The notes beneath the pieces were generated by a model that saw only the letters and a program-made list of their open reading frames with translations, searched no databases and was not told the DNA's origin. A stretch of 64,000 nt of DNA, taken from the NCBI GenBank assembly GCA_963801605.1, contig CAWDFP010000006.1, positions 1,792,001 to 1,856,000 of the forward strand, in the 5' to 3' direction. This document shows, one piece after another, positions 52,449 to 62,418 of the stretch. Position numbers and translations under genes: made by a program. How positions within the stretch are numbered: the first letter of the stretch is position 1; every line of letters begins with the position of its first letter. This stretch comes from an uncultured candidate division Zixibacteria bacterium. Its GTDB lineage: Bacteria > Zixibacteria > MSB-5A5 > UBA10806.

Positions 52449-54740
52449 TTAAATAAGCTTTCTTAGGATATCCGCAACGTCCTTGGCGCGCTGGAAACGC
52501 AAATCGGGGTCCTTCACCAACGCCTTGGCAATAATCTTATCGAATATGCGCGGGATATCGAGATTCAACTCCGATGGCCTGACCGGCTCGGTGTGAAGTA
52601 TCGAATAGATCAAAGCTGAAATCGTATCGCCTTTGAACGGTTTCTCGCGAGTCAGGACTTCATAGAAGACTACGCCCAGCGAGAAGATATCGCTGCGGCG
52701 GTCCACCGGCTGGCCCTTAAGCTGTTCGGGGGAGATGTAGTTGGGCGTGCCCAGGGCGGTGCCGGTCTGTGTCATCGAGGCCGACTTATCGAGACGGGCA
52801 ATACCGAAATCCATCACCTTGACCTTGTTGCCATCGAGGATCATGATATTGGCGGGTTTTATATCGCGGTGCACGATGCCGTTTTCATGGGCGTAATCGA
52901 GCGCCTCACAAGCCTGGATCATGACGCGGGAAATGGTACGGTAGTCCCAGTCGAGCCCGGATTTGAGGATATTTTCGAGAGTGTTGCCCTGCAAATATTC
53001 CATGGCGATATACTGAGTGGTACCTTCCTCGCCAACGTCGTAGATAGTCACGATATTAGGATGGGAGAGTTTGCCGGCGGCCTTGGCCTCACGAGTTAAG
53101 CGTTCACGCAGTTCCTCGATTTCGCTGGAATCGGCCACCTGGTCCAATCTGATGGTTTTCAGCGCCACCGGCCTGTCAATCGCCGGATCGAGACCCTGGT
53201 AAACCATTCCCATGGCGCCCTTACCTATCGAACGCAAAATCTTGTATCGCCCGAAATGATCAGTGCCCGGGTTTTCCATTATGCTGATCGTAGCCTGACT
53301 GTTAGAACGGCTGGTTGCGGATGAATCGGAACTTGAATATGATGTATCCGTTCTAACGGGCTTCGGAGTATCAACTGCGACGGTGTGAACATATCTCGGG
53401 GTTGAGGATTGAGGTATGGGAGTCCGATCGGCTATTTGAATTGATTGACTGGATGAAAGAAGCGATTCGAAATCGACTTCTTCATCGTCATCATTATTAT
53501 CTTCTTCGCGTTTGAGTTCGTTATTAGTTTTGATAATTGGCGCCGCAATTAATAGAAATACGATTTCGAGCGCCGGATAAAAGGTTTTAATAACCAGATG
53601 AAATGACGAGAACAGCAGATATTCAGCTCCAATCAGCACGATAAGAAGTCCCGCCAGAACGGCAATCCTGTTTAACAGCGATACTTTTGGCAGAACCAGA
53701 GCGCTTAATATGCCAATTGCTATCAGCAGGACAAAACTCAGGTTGATACGGCTGCTGGCGCTTTTAAGGGCCTCATTATGTAAAATATTTTCAAGGATAT
53801 TGGCATCAAGCTCCATGCCTGAGAGGTTACGGCTGAGTGGAGTGGTGTAAATGTCAGTAGAACCGCGGCCATTATATCCAACAATTACCAGTTTGTCTCG
53901 AAGCTCACCGGCGGGAATCGTTTTATTTAAGAAATCTTCAGCCGAATAAAATTTGTACGTATTCGCGGGGCCGCTGTAATTGATATTCATTTGTCCCCGA
54001 GGATCAGTAGGAACGGTTGTTGAACCGAGCGCTATGCCTTTTCCGACTCTTAATCCCAGTTTGGCGGGTTCGATATCGAGATAATCGGCGGCAGCCGCCA
54101 CTTGCAGGGATGGGAAAAATTCGCCCCTGTAACCGACAACCAGAGGCTGCCATCGCACTTTGCGATCTTCATCGATATTGACATTAATAAATCCCAGCAT
54201 GTTAGCCGAATTTGCCAATAACGAATCGGGCGGGAAAATTCTGGACGCTACCAGCGGCGGATATTGTGAAAGCGCCGATTGATCGTCGATAGATTTATAA
54301 ACGCAGTTGGCCAGCCCGTCCGGTAATATCACTCCTTGGGAAACTTCACCTTGCGAGTAGTGGTATCCAATAATGACATTGCCGGCGCGAGTGATGGCTT
54401 TCGCCAGGGAATCATTATATCCCAAAGCCTTTTGATAATCATTGGGACTGAATGTCATATCGAGAGCAATCGTCTTGGGCTTTTGCGCCGAGATAGCATT
54501 CACAAGCTGCGCGGTTTTATCGCGGTTCCAGGGCCATTTGCCGACAGATTCCAGGGTGCGATCATCAATGCCCACGATAACGATATCCTGCGAGACGCTT
54601 TTCGTGCCGCGGAATTTGAGCATACCATCCTGTATCGCCACCTCGATTTTTTCCAGGCTTTCATGGCGATCCAGGAAGAGGCTGAGCACGAGCAGCAATA
54701 TGAGGATGTAAAGGATTGATCCCGAAAATTTCTTTAGCAT
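52449..54740 (-). CDS. CHASE2-domain membrane Ser/Thr (Hanks-type) protein kinase
   Basis: IVIVGIDD..WPW.R, GFIN..D.D.KVR, three TMs, GKGAMGMVY, ALK, HRDIKPAN, DFG, GTPNYISPE. Confidence 0.95.
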   Translation of the reverse strand: MLKKFSGSILYILILLLVLSLFLDRHESLEKIEVAIQDGMLKFRGTKSVSQDIVIVGIDDRTLESVGKWPWNRDKTAQLVNAISAQKPKTIALDMTFSPNDYQKALGYNDSLAKAITRAGNVIIGYHYSQGEVSQGVILPDGLANCVYKSIDDQSALSQYPPLVASRIFPPDSLLANSANMLGFINVNIDEDRKVRWQPLVVGYRGEFFPSLQVAAAADYLDIEPAKLGLRVGKGIALGSTTVPTDPRGQMNINYSGPANTYKFYSAEDFLNKTIPAGELRDKLVIVGYNGRGSTDIYTTPLSRNLSGMELDANILENILHNEALKSASSRINLSFVLLIAIGILSALVLPKVSLLNRIAVLAGLLIVLIGAEYLLFSSFHLVIKTFYPALEIVFLLIAAPIIKTNNELKREEDNNDDDEEVDFESLLSSSQSIQIADRTPIPQSSTPRYVHTVAVDTPKPVRTDTSYSSSDSSATSRSNSQATISIMENPGTDHFGRYKILRSIGKGAMGMVYQGLDPAIDRPVALKTIRLDQVADSSEIEELRERLTREAKAAGKLSHPNIVTIYDVGEEGTTQYIAMEYLQGNTLENILKSGLDWDYRTISRVMIQACEALDYAHENGIVHRDIKPANIMILDGNKVKVMDFGIARLDKSASMTQTGTALGTPNYISPEQLKGQPVDRRSDIFSLGVVFYEVLTREKPFKGDTISALIYSILHTEPVRPSELNLDIPRIFDKIIAKALVKDPDLRFQRAKDVADILRKLI

Positions 54741-54847
54741 GACGATGATTTCTCCTGCACCTAATTTTCCGGCCTTTTCGACAAAATTCCTGCAGGCCCG
54801 TTAACCTTTTATCAGTATTATATAATTCGGCATTTTCGGATAAACGT

Positions 54848-55048
54848 TTAGGGGAGAGGCCTGTCAAAATCGAGGTAAAAAACGGTTTTTTGACTGTGTA
54901 TCAAATTGAAACCCGCGTGAGTGGAATCCACAGGGCCAATGAGGCTCGATTGGGCGATTACGGGGAATAGCCCAATAAAGAGAATCATGACGGCCAGGAT
55001 AACGATAAAAATTGCCAATCTTCTAAAGAAAGACAAGCTCCCCTCCAT
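54848..55048 (-). CDS. Small hypothetical membrane/exported protein (66 aa)
   Basis: Starts 18 nt after the phosphoesterase stop; basic N-terminus and strongly hydrophobic helix. Confidence 0.5.
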   Translation of the reverse strand: MEGSLSFFRRLAIFIVILAVMILFIGLFPVIAQSSLIGPVDSTHAGFNLIHSQKTVFYLDFDRPLP

Positions 55049-55066
55049 TTATATTAATTTGAAAAA

Positions 55067-55795
55067 TTATCGTCCGACAGCTAAGCGCTCAATCAGATAT
55101 TCCGGAAGGCCGATTTTGGCCATGTCCTTCTGGGTAGCTTTGATATTATATGAGACTCGCTTATGCCTGATAATGCTCTTTGTCTCATCATAAATGAGAT
55201 AGCAGCTCCGCGGATCGCCGTCACGAGGCTGACCGACCGAGCCAATATTAACCAGATAACGCACGTCTTTTGCCAGGACTTCCTCCATTTGTTTCGAGAG
55301 AATAGCCTCATTAGCGCTGTCCTTGGAGACTATGAAAGGGCGATGAGTATGTCCGAGCAGACAGATCTGGTTCTTAAAATAATCAAACGATTCCCGGGCA
55401 TCTTCCATATCGAGGATATAGTGCCAGAGTTCGGGTTCTTTAGGGGAGGCGTGAACTAATAGCGCATTGTCAAACTCATATTGAAGCTGAAAATTGGACA
55501 TTATCTCGACAGTTTTGCGAGTAATCGAGCTTTTTGTCCAACCCATAGACTCGGCCGCATATTGATTGAAAAAATCGGTTTCCATGAGACCCAATGCGGC
55601 ATAATCATGATTGCCCATGAGCTTCACGGCGGCAACTTCATTTATTAGTTTGACGCACTCATCGGGGTAGGGGCCGTAGCCCACAGCGTCGCCCAGGAAG
55701 AAGACCTTATCGAGTTTTTCAGAGCGAAAATCGATAATGCAAGCCTTTAGAGCCTCCAAATTCGCATGGACGTCGGAGAAGAATCCGTATTTCAT
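55067..55795 (-). CDS. Calcineurin-like metallophosphoesterase (putative protein phosphatase)
   Basis: SDVHAN, GDAVGYGP, GNHD, VHASP, GHTH, NIGSVGQPRDGDPR. Confidence 0.92.
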   Translation of the reverse strand: MKYGFFSDVHANLEALKACIIDFRSEKLDKVFFLGDAVGYGPYPDECVKLINEVAAVKLMGNHDYAALGLMETDFFNQYAAESMGWTKSSITRKTVEIMSNFQLQYEFDNALLVHASPKEPELWHYILDMEDARESFDYFKNQICLLGHTHRPFIVSKDSANEAILSKQMEEVLAKDVRYLVNIGSVGQPRDGDPRSCYLIYDETKSIIRHKRVSYNIKATQKDMAKIGLPEYLIERLAVGR

Positions 55796-56487
55796 CAGGT
55801 CCTATTTTCTATAAAACGATAAACCGTTTTCCCCACTTGAATAATGTCGTCGTTTTTCAACATGTAACGCTCGACCTTTTCACCGTTGATCTTTGTCTTG
55901 CCCTTCTTCCCCAGATTGACGATCCAGAAGCCCTCACTCTCGTTGACAATTTTGGCTTGAATCCCTGAAAGGAAAAATCCTTTAGCCTTTACATTGGCCA
56001 GAGACGATTTGCCGATTGTAACGATGTTTCGTTCGATTGGGTACTGTTCGAATTCCGCTCCGGCTTCGCCTAATAGAAGAGACATACCCGATTTGGAAAC
56101 AAGCTGCTTATTGCGCTGATCTTTTGCAATAAGATCGCGCTGCTTCTTGGTTTGGAGCACCATGGTGCCATCCATTTCAAATGGCATGGTGGCTCGTTCG
56201 GTCGTTGGATGGAAGACCAGCGAAAATTTGCCGATAGTGATGGAATCGTTTTCCTTTAATACTTCCTCGGAAATACGACGGGAGTTAACGAAGGTGCCAT
56301 TGAGGCTTTCGTTGTCAATAATGACCGCCTGGTCGTCGCCAAACTCAATCTGGGCATGACGCCGGGAAACTCCTCTGTTATCGAGCACAATATCGTTGTC
56401 TGGTGTGCGCCCGATAGTAATTCTCTTTTTTTCGGTGATAAATTTCTCGATGACCTTGTCCTCGAATTTTACTAGTATCTCCGGCAT
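55795..56487 (-). CDS. Tandem FHA-domain protein
   Basis: FHA1 IGR..VSRRHA..SLNGTFVN; FHA2 degenerate IGK..LSGIQA..GKTKING; RBS GAGGGAG. Confidence 0.9.
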   Translation of the reverse strand: MPEILVKFEDKVIEKFITEKKRITIGRTPDNDIVLDNRGVSRRHAQIEFGDDQAVIIDNESLNGTFVNSRRISEEVLKENDSITIGKFSLVFHPTTERATMPFEMDGTMVLQTKKQRDLIAKDQRNKQLVSKSGMSLLLGEAGAEFEQYPIERNIVTIGKSSLANVKAKGFFLSGIQAKIVNESEGFWIVNLGKKGKTKINGEKVERYMLKNDDIIQVGKTVYRFIENRT

Positions 56488-56620
56488 AACTCCCTCCCTC
56501 AAAGGGCACAGATCCAATTTGAATTAATTAGCTCCGTTTGTCAACCATAACTTCTACGGTAATCTCAAAGCCTAGAATGACCTTGCGAGCATTCTAAGCT
56601 TCGTATATATTGTCGGAACG

Positions 56621-57619
56621 ATGTGGCCAAACTTTACGGATAGTAAACCTATAATATTTGCCCCCATGGCTGGTATCAGCGATTCGCCCGCCAGACAACT
56701 TGCAATTCGTTTTGGGGCGGATATGACAATATCGGAACTGATCTCGTCCGAAGGCATAATCCGGGGATGTCCCAGGACTTGGAAACTGGCCGAGTTTGAT
56801 AAATCAGAGCGGCCCATAGGTTTGCAGATTTTTGGGGCCAAACCGGAGTCTATGGCCAGGGCTGCCATCCAGCTATCCGAATTAAAACCTGATTTCATCA
56901 ATATTAATTTCGGCTGCCCGGCCCGGAAGATTGTGGGCAAAAATGGAGGTAGTTCCATTTTGCGCAACCTGCCGCTTTTAAAGGAGATAGTAACTGCCGT
57001 CGTCCATGCAGTTGATTTGCCTGTGACAGCCAAGATTCGATCCGGTTGGGATAGCAATGAGCTTAACTACAATGAAGTCGGAAAAATCATAGAGGAGGCC
57101 GGAGCTGTTGCAGTAGTTATTCACCCGCGGACCAGGACACAGGGTTTCTCAGGCCATTCTGATTGGCAGGTCATTAAGGCGCTTAAAGATAATCTTGAAA
57201 TAAAGGTAATTGGAAACGGTGATATTTCGTCACCCGAGGACGCCAAGCGGATGCTAGATGAAACAGGCTGTGATGGCGTCATGATTGGACGCGGGGCTAT
57301 TGCTAATCCCTGGCTATTCAAGCGTGTCAAGCATTACCTCGCTACTGGAAAAATATTGTCCGAACCTACCGCCCGTGAGCGGATTGAATTGGCATTAGAA
57401 CATCTTACAATGGAAATCGATTATTATGGTTTGCCTCACGCGGTTTTCAGAATGCGAAGTCAGTTCTGTTATTATCTTCGAGGCCTTCACGGCAACAGCG
57501 ATATAAGGATAGCAATCAACCGACTTCTTGACCCCATCGAAATAAAAAAACTGTTGTGGGAATATGTCGAAATGTTGGAAAACGAAAGTTTTCTTCAATC
57601 GTCGCAAACGGTAAATTAA
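56621..57619 (+). CDS. dusB: tRNA-dihydrouridine synthase B
   Basis: APMAG, NFGCP, KIRSGW, HPRT, GNGDI, MIGRGA..NPW. Confidence 0.93.
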   Translation: MWPNFTDSKPIIFAPMAGISDSPARQLAIRFGADMTISELISSEGIIRGCPRTWKLAEFDKSERPIGLQIFGAKPESMARAAIQLSELKPDFININFGCPARKIVGKNGGSSILRNLPLLKEIVTAVVHAVDLPVTAKIRSGWDSNELNYNEVGKIIEEAGAVAVVIHPRTRTQGFSGHSDWQVIKALKDNLEIKVIGNGDISSPEDAKRMLDETGCDGVMIGRGAIANPWLFKRVKHYLATGKILSEPTARERIELALEHLTMEIDYYGLPHAVFRMRSQFCYYLRGLHGNSDIRIAINRLLDPIEIKKLLWEYVEMLENESFLQSSQTVN

Positions 57620-57639
57620 ATCAACGAAAAATAATTTTA

Positions 57640-58407
57640 ATGAAGCCAAGAGATATAAATATCATCTTAGAAAAAGTAGCCGCTGGCAAGCTGTCATCGG
57701 CAGCCGCGATGAAAAAACTGAATTCGCTATCTTTTGAAAATTTGGAATTTGCCAAAATAGATCATAATCGTTTGGATCGAACCGGTGTCCCTGAGGTCAT
57801 TTTCGCGCCCGGCAAAACCGACGAGCAAATCGTCAAGATATTCACCCGCATGAAAAAAGCTGGAAGCGATGTTATGATCACGCGCGTTGAAAAAAAGATA
57901 TTCATAAAATTAAAATCGAAAAATAAGGGAATTAAGTACAGCGAAATCGCCAGGATAATTTATGAGCCGACGCGACTTAAAGAACCTTATGGCAAGGCAA
58001 CTATAGCCGTAGTCAGTGCCGGAACTGCCGATATGAGCGTCGCCGAGGAAGCCGCCGTAACGGCCGAGGCATTCGGGGCGAGAGTAGACCGCGTTTACGA
58101 TGTTGGAATTGCCGGTATTCATAGGCTCCTGGCACATCAGGATCAAATCAGAAAGGCTCGCGTAGTAATCGTGGTTGCCGGAATGGAAGGCGCCCTGGCA
58201 TCGGCAGTAGGGGGCTTGGTGCAGGCGCCGGTGATTGCGGTGCCAACATCGATAGGTTACGGCGCCTCGTTTGGCGGTCTGGCGGCGCTGCTCTCGATGC
58301 TTAACAGTTGCGCGCCGGGAGTGACTGTAGTAAATATCGATAACGGTTTCGGGGCTGCAGTGGCGGCTCTGAAAATGATACGAGGGATAAATCGGAAATC
58401 CAATTGA
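57640..58407 (+). CDS. larB: Nickel-pincer cofactor biosynthesis protein LarB
   Basis: AKIDH.R..RTG.PEVIF..GK, AGTADM.VAEEA, VAGMEGAL, PTSIGYG, VVNIDNGFGA. Confidence 0.94.
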   Translation: MKPRDINIILEKVAAGKLSSAAAMKKLNSLSFENLEFAKIDHNRLDRTGVPEVIFAPGKTDEQIVKIFTRMKKAGSDVMITRVEKKIFIKLKSKNKGIKYSEIARIIYEPTRLKEPYGKATIAVVSAGTADMSVAEEAAVTAEAFGARVDRVYDVGIAGIHRLLAHQDQIRKARVVIVVAGMEGALASAVGGLVQAPVIAVPTSIGYGASFGGLAALLSMLNSCAPGVTVVNIDNGFGAAVAALKMIRGINRKSN

Positions 58408-58546
58408 CCTGCCGGGCGGCATGCTTCGCTCGATATAAAATATCGAACGTTGTAAAATCCGCAAGGCATGCTCAGGAATAAATTGATTAGGATTTTACTC
58501 TTTCCCCGATCAAGATCGGGGAAAGCAAGCATGCCGCCCGTGCAGG
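58408..58546. repeat. Nested-palindrome intergenic element 2 (same topology as 38525-38667)
   Basis: Closing stem CGGGCGGCATGCTT/AAGCATGCCGCCCG enclosing three hairpins incl. CTTTCCCCGATC-AA-GATCGGGGAAAG. Confidence 0.8.
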
Positions 58547-58576
58547 CCGCGAGCGGCTGGAGGAATTCGAAGGAAC

Positions 58577-59737
58577 GTGGCACTAGCATATTTTGACTGC
58601 TTTTCCGGCACCGCCGGTGATATGATTATCGGAGCGCTGCTTGACGCCGGGTTGCCGTTTGCGGATTTTAAAGCCGAAATCGACAAACTCGGTCTTTCAG
58701 GTTTCGAGTTAAGCGCCAGGAAAGTGGTCAAAGGGAAAATCGAAGGGACCAAATTTTCGGTTGAGGTGCGAGAGAAACAGCCGGAACGTCAGCCCAAAGA
58801 AGTAACGAAAATTATTTTAGGTTCCAGGCTTGATAGCGATATTAAAGAGAAGGCCGTACGGATTTTTAATCGCTTGGCTGAGGCCGAGGCTATTGCGCAT
58901 GGCGAGACAATTGACAAGGTACATTTTCATGAGGTTGGAGCAGTTGATGCTATCATCGATATCTGTGGAGCGATGGTTGGGCTGAAACTATTGGGAGTGG
59001 ATCGAGTTTATTCGTCATCGTTACCAATGGGCAAAGGAAGTATTGCCGGTTCTCATGGGACGATGCCGATACCGGCGCCCGCGACTGCGGTTCTCGTAAA
59101 AGGCTTCCCCGTAAAAATTACGAGTATCGATATGGAACTTACGACTCCTACCGGGGCAGCAATACTGACTACGCTGGCAGCCTTTTCCGACCCCGGAGAG
59201 TTTTCGATGCGTCAAACCGGATATGGAGCTGGATCTAAATTCCTTTCGGGATTACCGAATCTTTTGAGGGTGATGATTGGGGAACAATCGAATATATTCG
59301 AAACAGATACGATTGCCCTGTTAGAATCTAATCTGGATCGGGTTTCATCGGAGAACTTAGGCGCTTTGCTTGACGAGCTTATGGCCGGTGGCGCGCTTGA
59401 TGTTTTCGCTGTCCCAATTGTTATGAAAAAGAACCGGCCGGCGCATCTTCTTTCAGTTTTATGCGAACCGGATAAAAAAGATAAGTTGGCAAAGATAATT
59501 TTCAGTTCCGGCAAGACTCTGGGAATCAGAATGGGTTCGAGCTCCAGGATGAAGCTTCCCCGAAAACAACTTACGATACCGACATCAGGCGGTGATATTT
59601 CGGTCAAGGTAGCTGAGCTTGATGGCAAAAAGCTTATTTTCCCCGAACATGACGATATAACACGCGCCATGAGGAAAACCGGTTTAAGTTATGATGATAT
59701 TTATTTTGAGATACAACGCGCCATAAGAAAGGAATAG
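58577..59737 (+). CDS. larC: Nickel-pincer cofactor biosynthesis protein LarC (nickel insertase)
   Basis: YFDCFSG.AGDM, VHFHEVGAVDAIID, PAPAT, ELTTPTGAA, MKKNRP, PEHDD. Confidence 0.94.
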   Translation: MALAYFDCFSGTAGDMIIGALLDAGLPFADFKAEIDKLGLSGFELSARKVVKGKIEGTKFSVEVREKQPERQPKEVTKIILGSRLDSDIKEKAVRIFNRLAEAEAIAHGETIDKVHFHEVGAVDAIIDICGAMVGLKLLGVDRVYSSSLPMGKGSIAGSHGTMPIPAPATAVLVKGFPVKITSIDMELTTPTGAAILTTLAAFSDPGEFSMRQTGYGAGSKFLSGLPNLLRVMIGEQSNIFETDTIALLESNLDRVSSENLGALLDELMAGGALDVFAVPIVMKKNRPAHLLSVLCEPDKKDKLAKIIFSSGKTLGIRMGSSSRMKLPRKQLTIPTSGGDISVKVAELDGKKLIFPEHDDITRAMRKTGLSYDDIYFEIQRAIRKE

Positions 59738-59741
59738 GCGA

Positions 59742-60734
59742 ATGGCTGGTGAACAGGGAATTTTAACATTTGGTGAAGTTAAAGACGGTAAACTCGCGCC
59801 GGTTGCCAAGGAGATCATCGGGGCGGCCAGGATGCTCGCGGAGCAGAAAGGCTGGAGTGTCACATCGGTGCTGATTGGCGACAAGATCGCTTTTTTGGCG
59901 GATGATCTAATCAAATTCGGTGCTGATAAAGTAATTTTTTGCGAATCCTTGAAGCTTTCGGATTTTACCGATGAATCCTATTCGAAAATACTAATCGATA
60001 TTATTCAAAATCAGGCTCCTGCGGTTATCCTGGGTGGAGCCACATTTTCGGGCAAATTCCTTTTTGGACGGTTAGCCGCGATGTTGTCATCGGGTTTGGC
60101 CGCCGATGTTATCGGATTGGAATGGGATGGGGATAGTATCCTGACTACCAGACCGGCTTATGGCGGTAAAGCGTTAATAAAGTTATCGCCGGTTGGACCT
60201 GGTCCGCAAATGGCGACGCTTCGCCCCAAGGCTTTTCCCGAACCTGTCAGAAATGCTGACCGAACCGGCGAAAAGGTCAACTGGCCGTTCGATGAAGCTA
60301 AGTATATTACGCGCGCCAAAGTGTTGCAGCATGTTTCGGAGGGCGACCAGCAAATCAGCCTTACAGATGCCGATATTATTGTCTCCGGTGGACGGGGATT
60401 ACGCGGACCAGAGAACTTCAAATTGATAAGAGAACTTGCCGCCGAACTCGGTGCGGCGGTAGGCGCCTCGCGCGCTACTGTTGATGCTGGCTGGATACCT
60501 TATGCTCATCAAGTCGGCCAAACGGGAAAGACGGTCAATCCCAAACTCTATGTAGCCTGCGGAATATCAGGAGCCATCCAGCATCTTGTGGGTATGCAAT
60601 CATCTAAAACGATTGTGGCTATCAATCGCGATGCCGAAGCGCCAATCTTTAAAGTTGCCACTTATGGGGTGGTTGGAGATATTTTTGAGATACTACCCAA
60701 ACTTACGGAACGGCTCAGGCAAATTAAGGGATAA
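59742..60734 (+). CDS. etfA: Electron transfer flavoprotein subunit alpha
   Basis: [41 protein letters not shown]. Confidence 0.95.
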   Translation: MAGEQGILTFGEVKDGKLAPVAKEIIGAARMLAEQKGWSVTSVLIGDKIAFLADDLIKFGADKVIFCESLKLSDFTDESYSKILIDIIQNQAPAVILGGATFSGKFLFGRLAAMLSSGLAADVIGLEWDGDSILTTRPAYGGKALIKLSPVGPGPQMATLRPKAFPEPVRNADRTGEKVNWPFDEAKYITRAKVLQHVSEGDQQISLTDADIIVSGGRGLRGPENFKLIRELAAELGAAVGASRATVDAGWIPYAHQVGQTGKTVNPKLYVACGISGAIQHLVGMQSSKTIVAINRDAEAPIFKVATYGVVGDIFEILPKLTERLRQIKG

Positions 60735-60739
60735 GTACT

Positions 60740-61405
60740 TTGACTGAAACGTCACTTATAATATTGATATGGACCGCAATTTCAATCGGTTTTATTCATA
60801 CGGTTATCGGCCCCGATCATTATCTGCCATTCATCGTAATCAGTAAAGCTCGCCGCTGGTCCGTTTCGAAAACGATGTTGATAACGATCGCTTGCGGTAT
60901 CGGGCATGTTTTCTCATCGGTTCTGATTGGAGTTCTCGGTATCCTTTTGGGTACGGCCCTTGGCAGTCTTACAGCCATCGAGAAAATCCGAGGCGATATC
61001 GCCAGTGATGCCTTGATCGCGTTTGGCATGATCTATGGCATCTGGGGTCTTTGGCGGGCTAGACGAAGCCACGGCCATAAACATCTTCCCGGAGGAGAGC
61101 ATCTGGATGAGACTAATGCCAGGTCGGTTACTTTTTGGGCGCTGTTTATCGTCTTTGTACTCGGTCCCTGTGAGCCTTTAATTCCGCTCGTGATGTTTCC
61201 TGCGGTCGAACACAATTGGCATGGAGTAATGCTGGTTACACTTTCGTTTGGTTTGGTGACAATCGCAACCATGTCTACCATAGTGTTTCTGGCGATCAAG
61301 GGCTTAACGGTTTTGAAAACCACTATTCTGGAAAAATATATTCATGCACTGGCTGGAGGAATTATCGCTCTTTCCGGCATTTCGATAAGGTTGTTTGGAT
61401 TATAA
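60740..61405 (+). CDS. UreH/NiCoT-like nickel/cobalt transporter family membrane protein
   Basis: GFIHTVIGPDHYLP, GIGHV, His-containing loop HGHKH, VLGPCEPLIP. Confidence 0.78.
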   Translation: MTETSLIILIWTAISIGFIHTVIGPDHYLPFIVISKARRWSVSKTMLITIACGIGHVFSSVLIGVLGILLGTALGSLTAIEKIRGDIASDALIAFGMIYGIWGLWRARRSHGHKHLPGGEHLDETNARSVTFWALFIVFVLGPCEPLIPLVMFPAVEHNWHGVMLVTLSFGLVTIATMSTIVFLAIKGLTVLKTTILEKYIHALAGGIIALSGISIRLFGL

Positions 61406-61420
61406 TCCAGGGAGGCATTT

Positions 61421-61789
61421 ATGCTGAGAGTTATTCATTTTGAAATGCAGGCAGACCAACCCGAACGCGCCGCAAGTTTCTTTAAAAATGTATTTGGTTG
61501 GAAAATCGAAAAGTGGGGCGGCAACGAGGATTACTGGCTGGTTCAAACCGGCGAGGATAAGGAACCTGGTATCAATGGCGCTATCATGCGGCGTACGCCA
61601 ATGATCGGCCCGACCACCAATACTATCAGCGTTCCATCGGTTGACGAATTTGCGGCCAAGATTCTTGCCAATGGTGGCAAAATCGTCGCTCCCAAGATGC
61701 CGATTCCGGGTGTCGGTTATTTTGCCTATTGTCAGGATACCGAGGGCAACATTTTCGGTATCATGCAGGCAGATCCGGCCGCAAAATAA
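61421..61789 (+). CDS. VOC (glyoxalase/bleomycin-resistance-like) family protein
   Basis: VIHFE..D.PERA..FF..VFGW, PGINGAI, IPGVG..AYCQDTEGN. Confidence 0.9.
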   Translation: MLRVIHFEMQADQPERAASFFKNVFGWKIEKWGGNEDYWLVQTGEDKEPGINGAIMRRTPMIGPTTNTISVPSVDEFAAKILANGGKIVAPKMPIPGVGYFAYCQDTEGNIFGIMQADPAAK

Positions 61790-62076
61790 CACGGAAATAA
61801 TTTGTTATAAACTGTCAGATTGAACTTTATTATCTGATAGATTTATTGGTTTAGGTAATTGGGTTATAATTTATTATAGGGCCTTAATATTATCGATTTC
61901 TCGATGATAATACAGCCTCTGGACATACTTGTCTATGATATTTTTAGGCGTATAATCATTAATAAGCTCGAATGCTGAAGCATTTAGAAATACCAATTTC
62001 GCTATTGATTTAATAATTAGAATTCCTTTTATTGGAACCATTGAAAGTTATTTTAGATGAAATGGAGGACTAAACC

Positions 62077-62265
62077 ATGGCAAAAAGACAATCTTTTGCA
62101 GATAAGGCCAGCAAGAAAAAACACGTGATAGATTGCCCGGTTTGTGGGACACCAATCACACCCACAATGTTCATCTTGCCGACCCCTACCGAAAGTGGTT
62201 CAATCAAGTATAAAAGGACCATTGTTGGTGTCTGCAAGTGCAATCATAAGCAATACTACGGCTAA
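62077..62265 (+). CDS. Small basic Cys-containing protein (CxxC...CxC), possible ribosomal-protein-like
   Basis: RBS GGAGG; MAKRQSFADK, CPVC, CKC; Lys-rich. Confidence 0.75.
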   Translation: MAKRQSFADKASKKKHVIDCPVCGTPITPTMFILPTPTESGSIKYKRTIVGVCKCNHKQYYG

Positions 62266-62418
62266 GATAACAACCACTTAACCAATAGGTTAGGGGTTAG
62301 ATCATTTCACGGAAAGCTTCTTCAAAAGAAATAAGCTTGTGAAAATTTTCCGTTGATTTTAAGGATATTGAGGTTTATCTTTCCGTTCAAATACTTTTAA
62401 TCCCGGGGAGGATCTCGA

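Noticed and set aside
62335..62355. Rex operator (TTGTGAAAATTTTCCG) upstream of the oxidoreductase operon
   Set aside because: Only the left half matches TTGTGAA-N4-TTCACAA; too weak without comparative data
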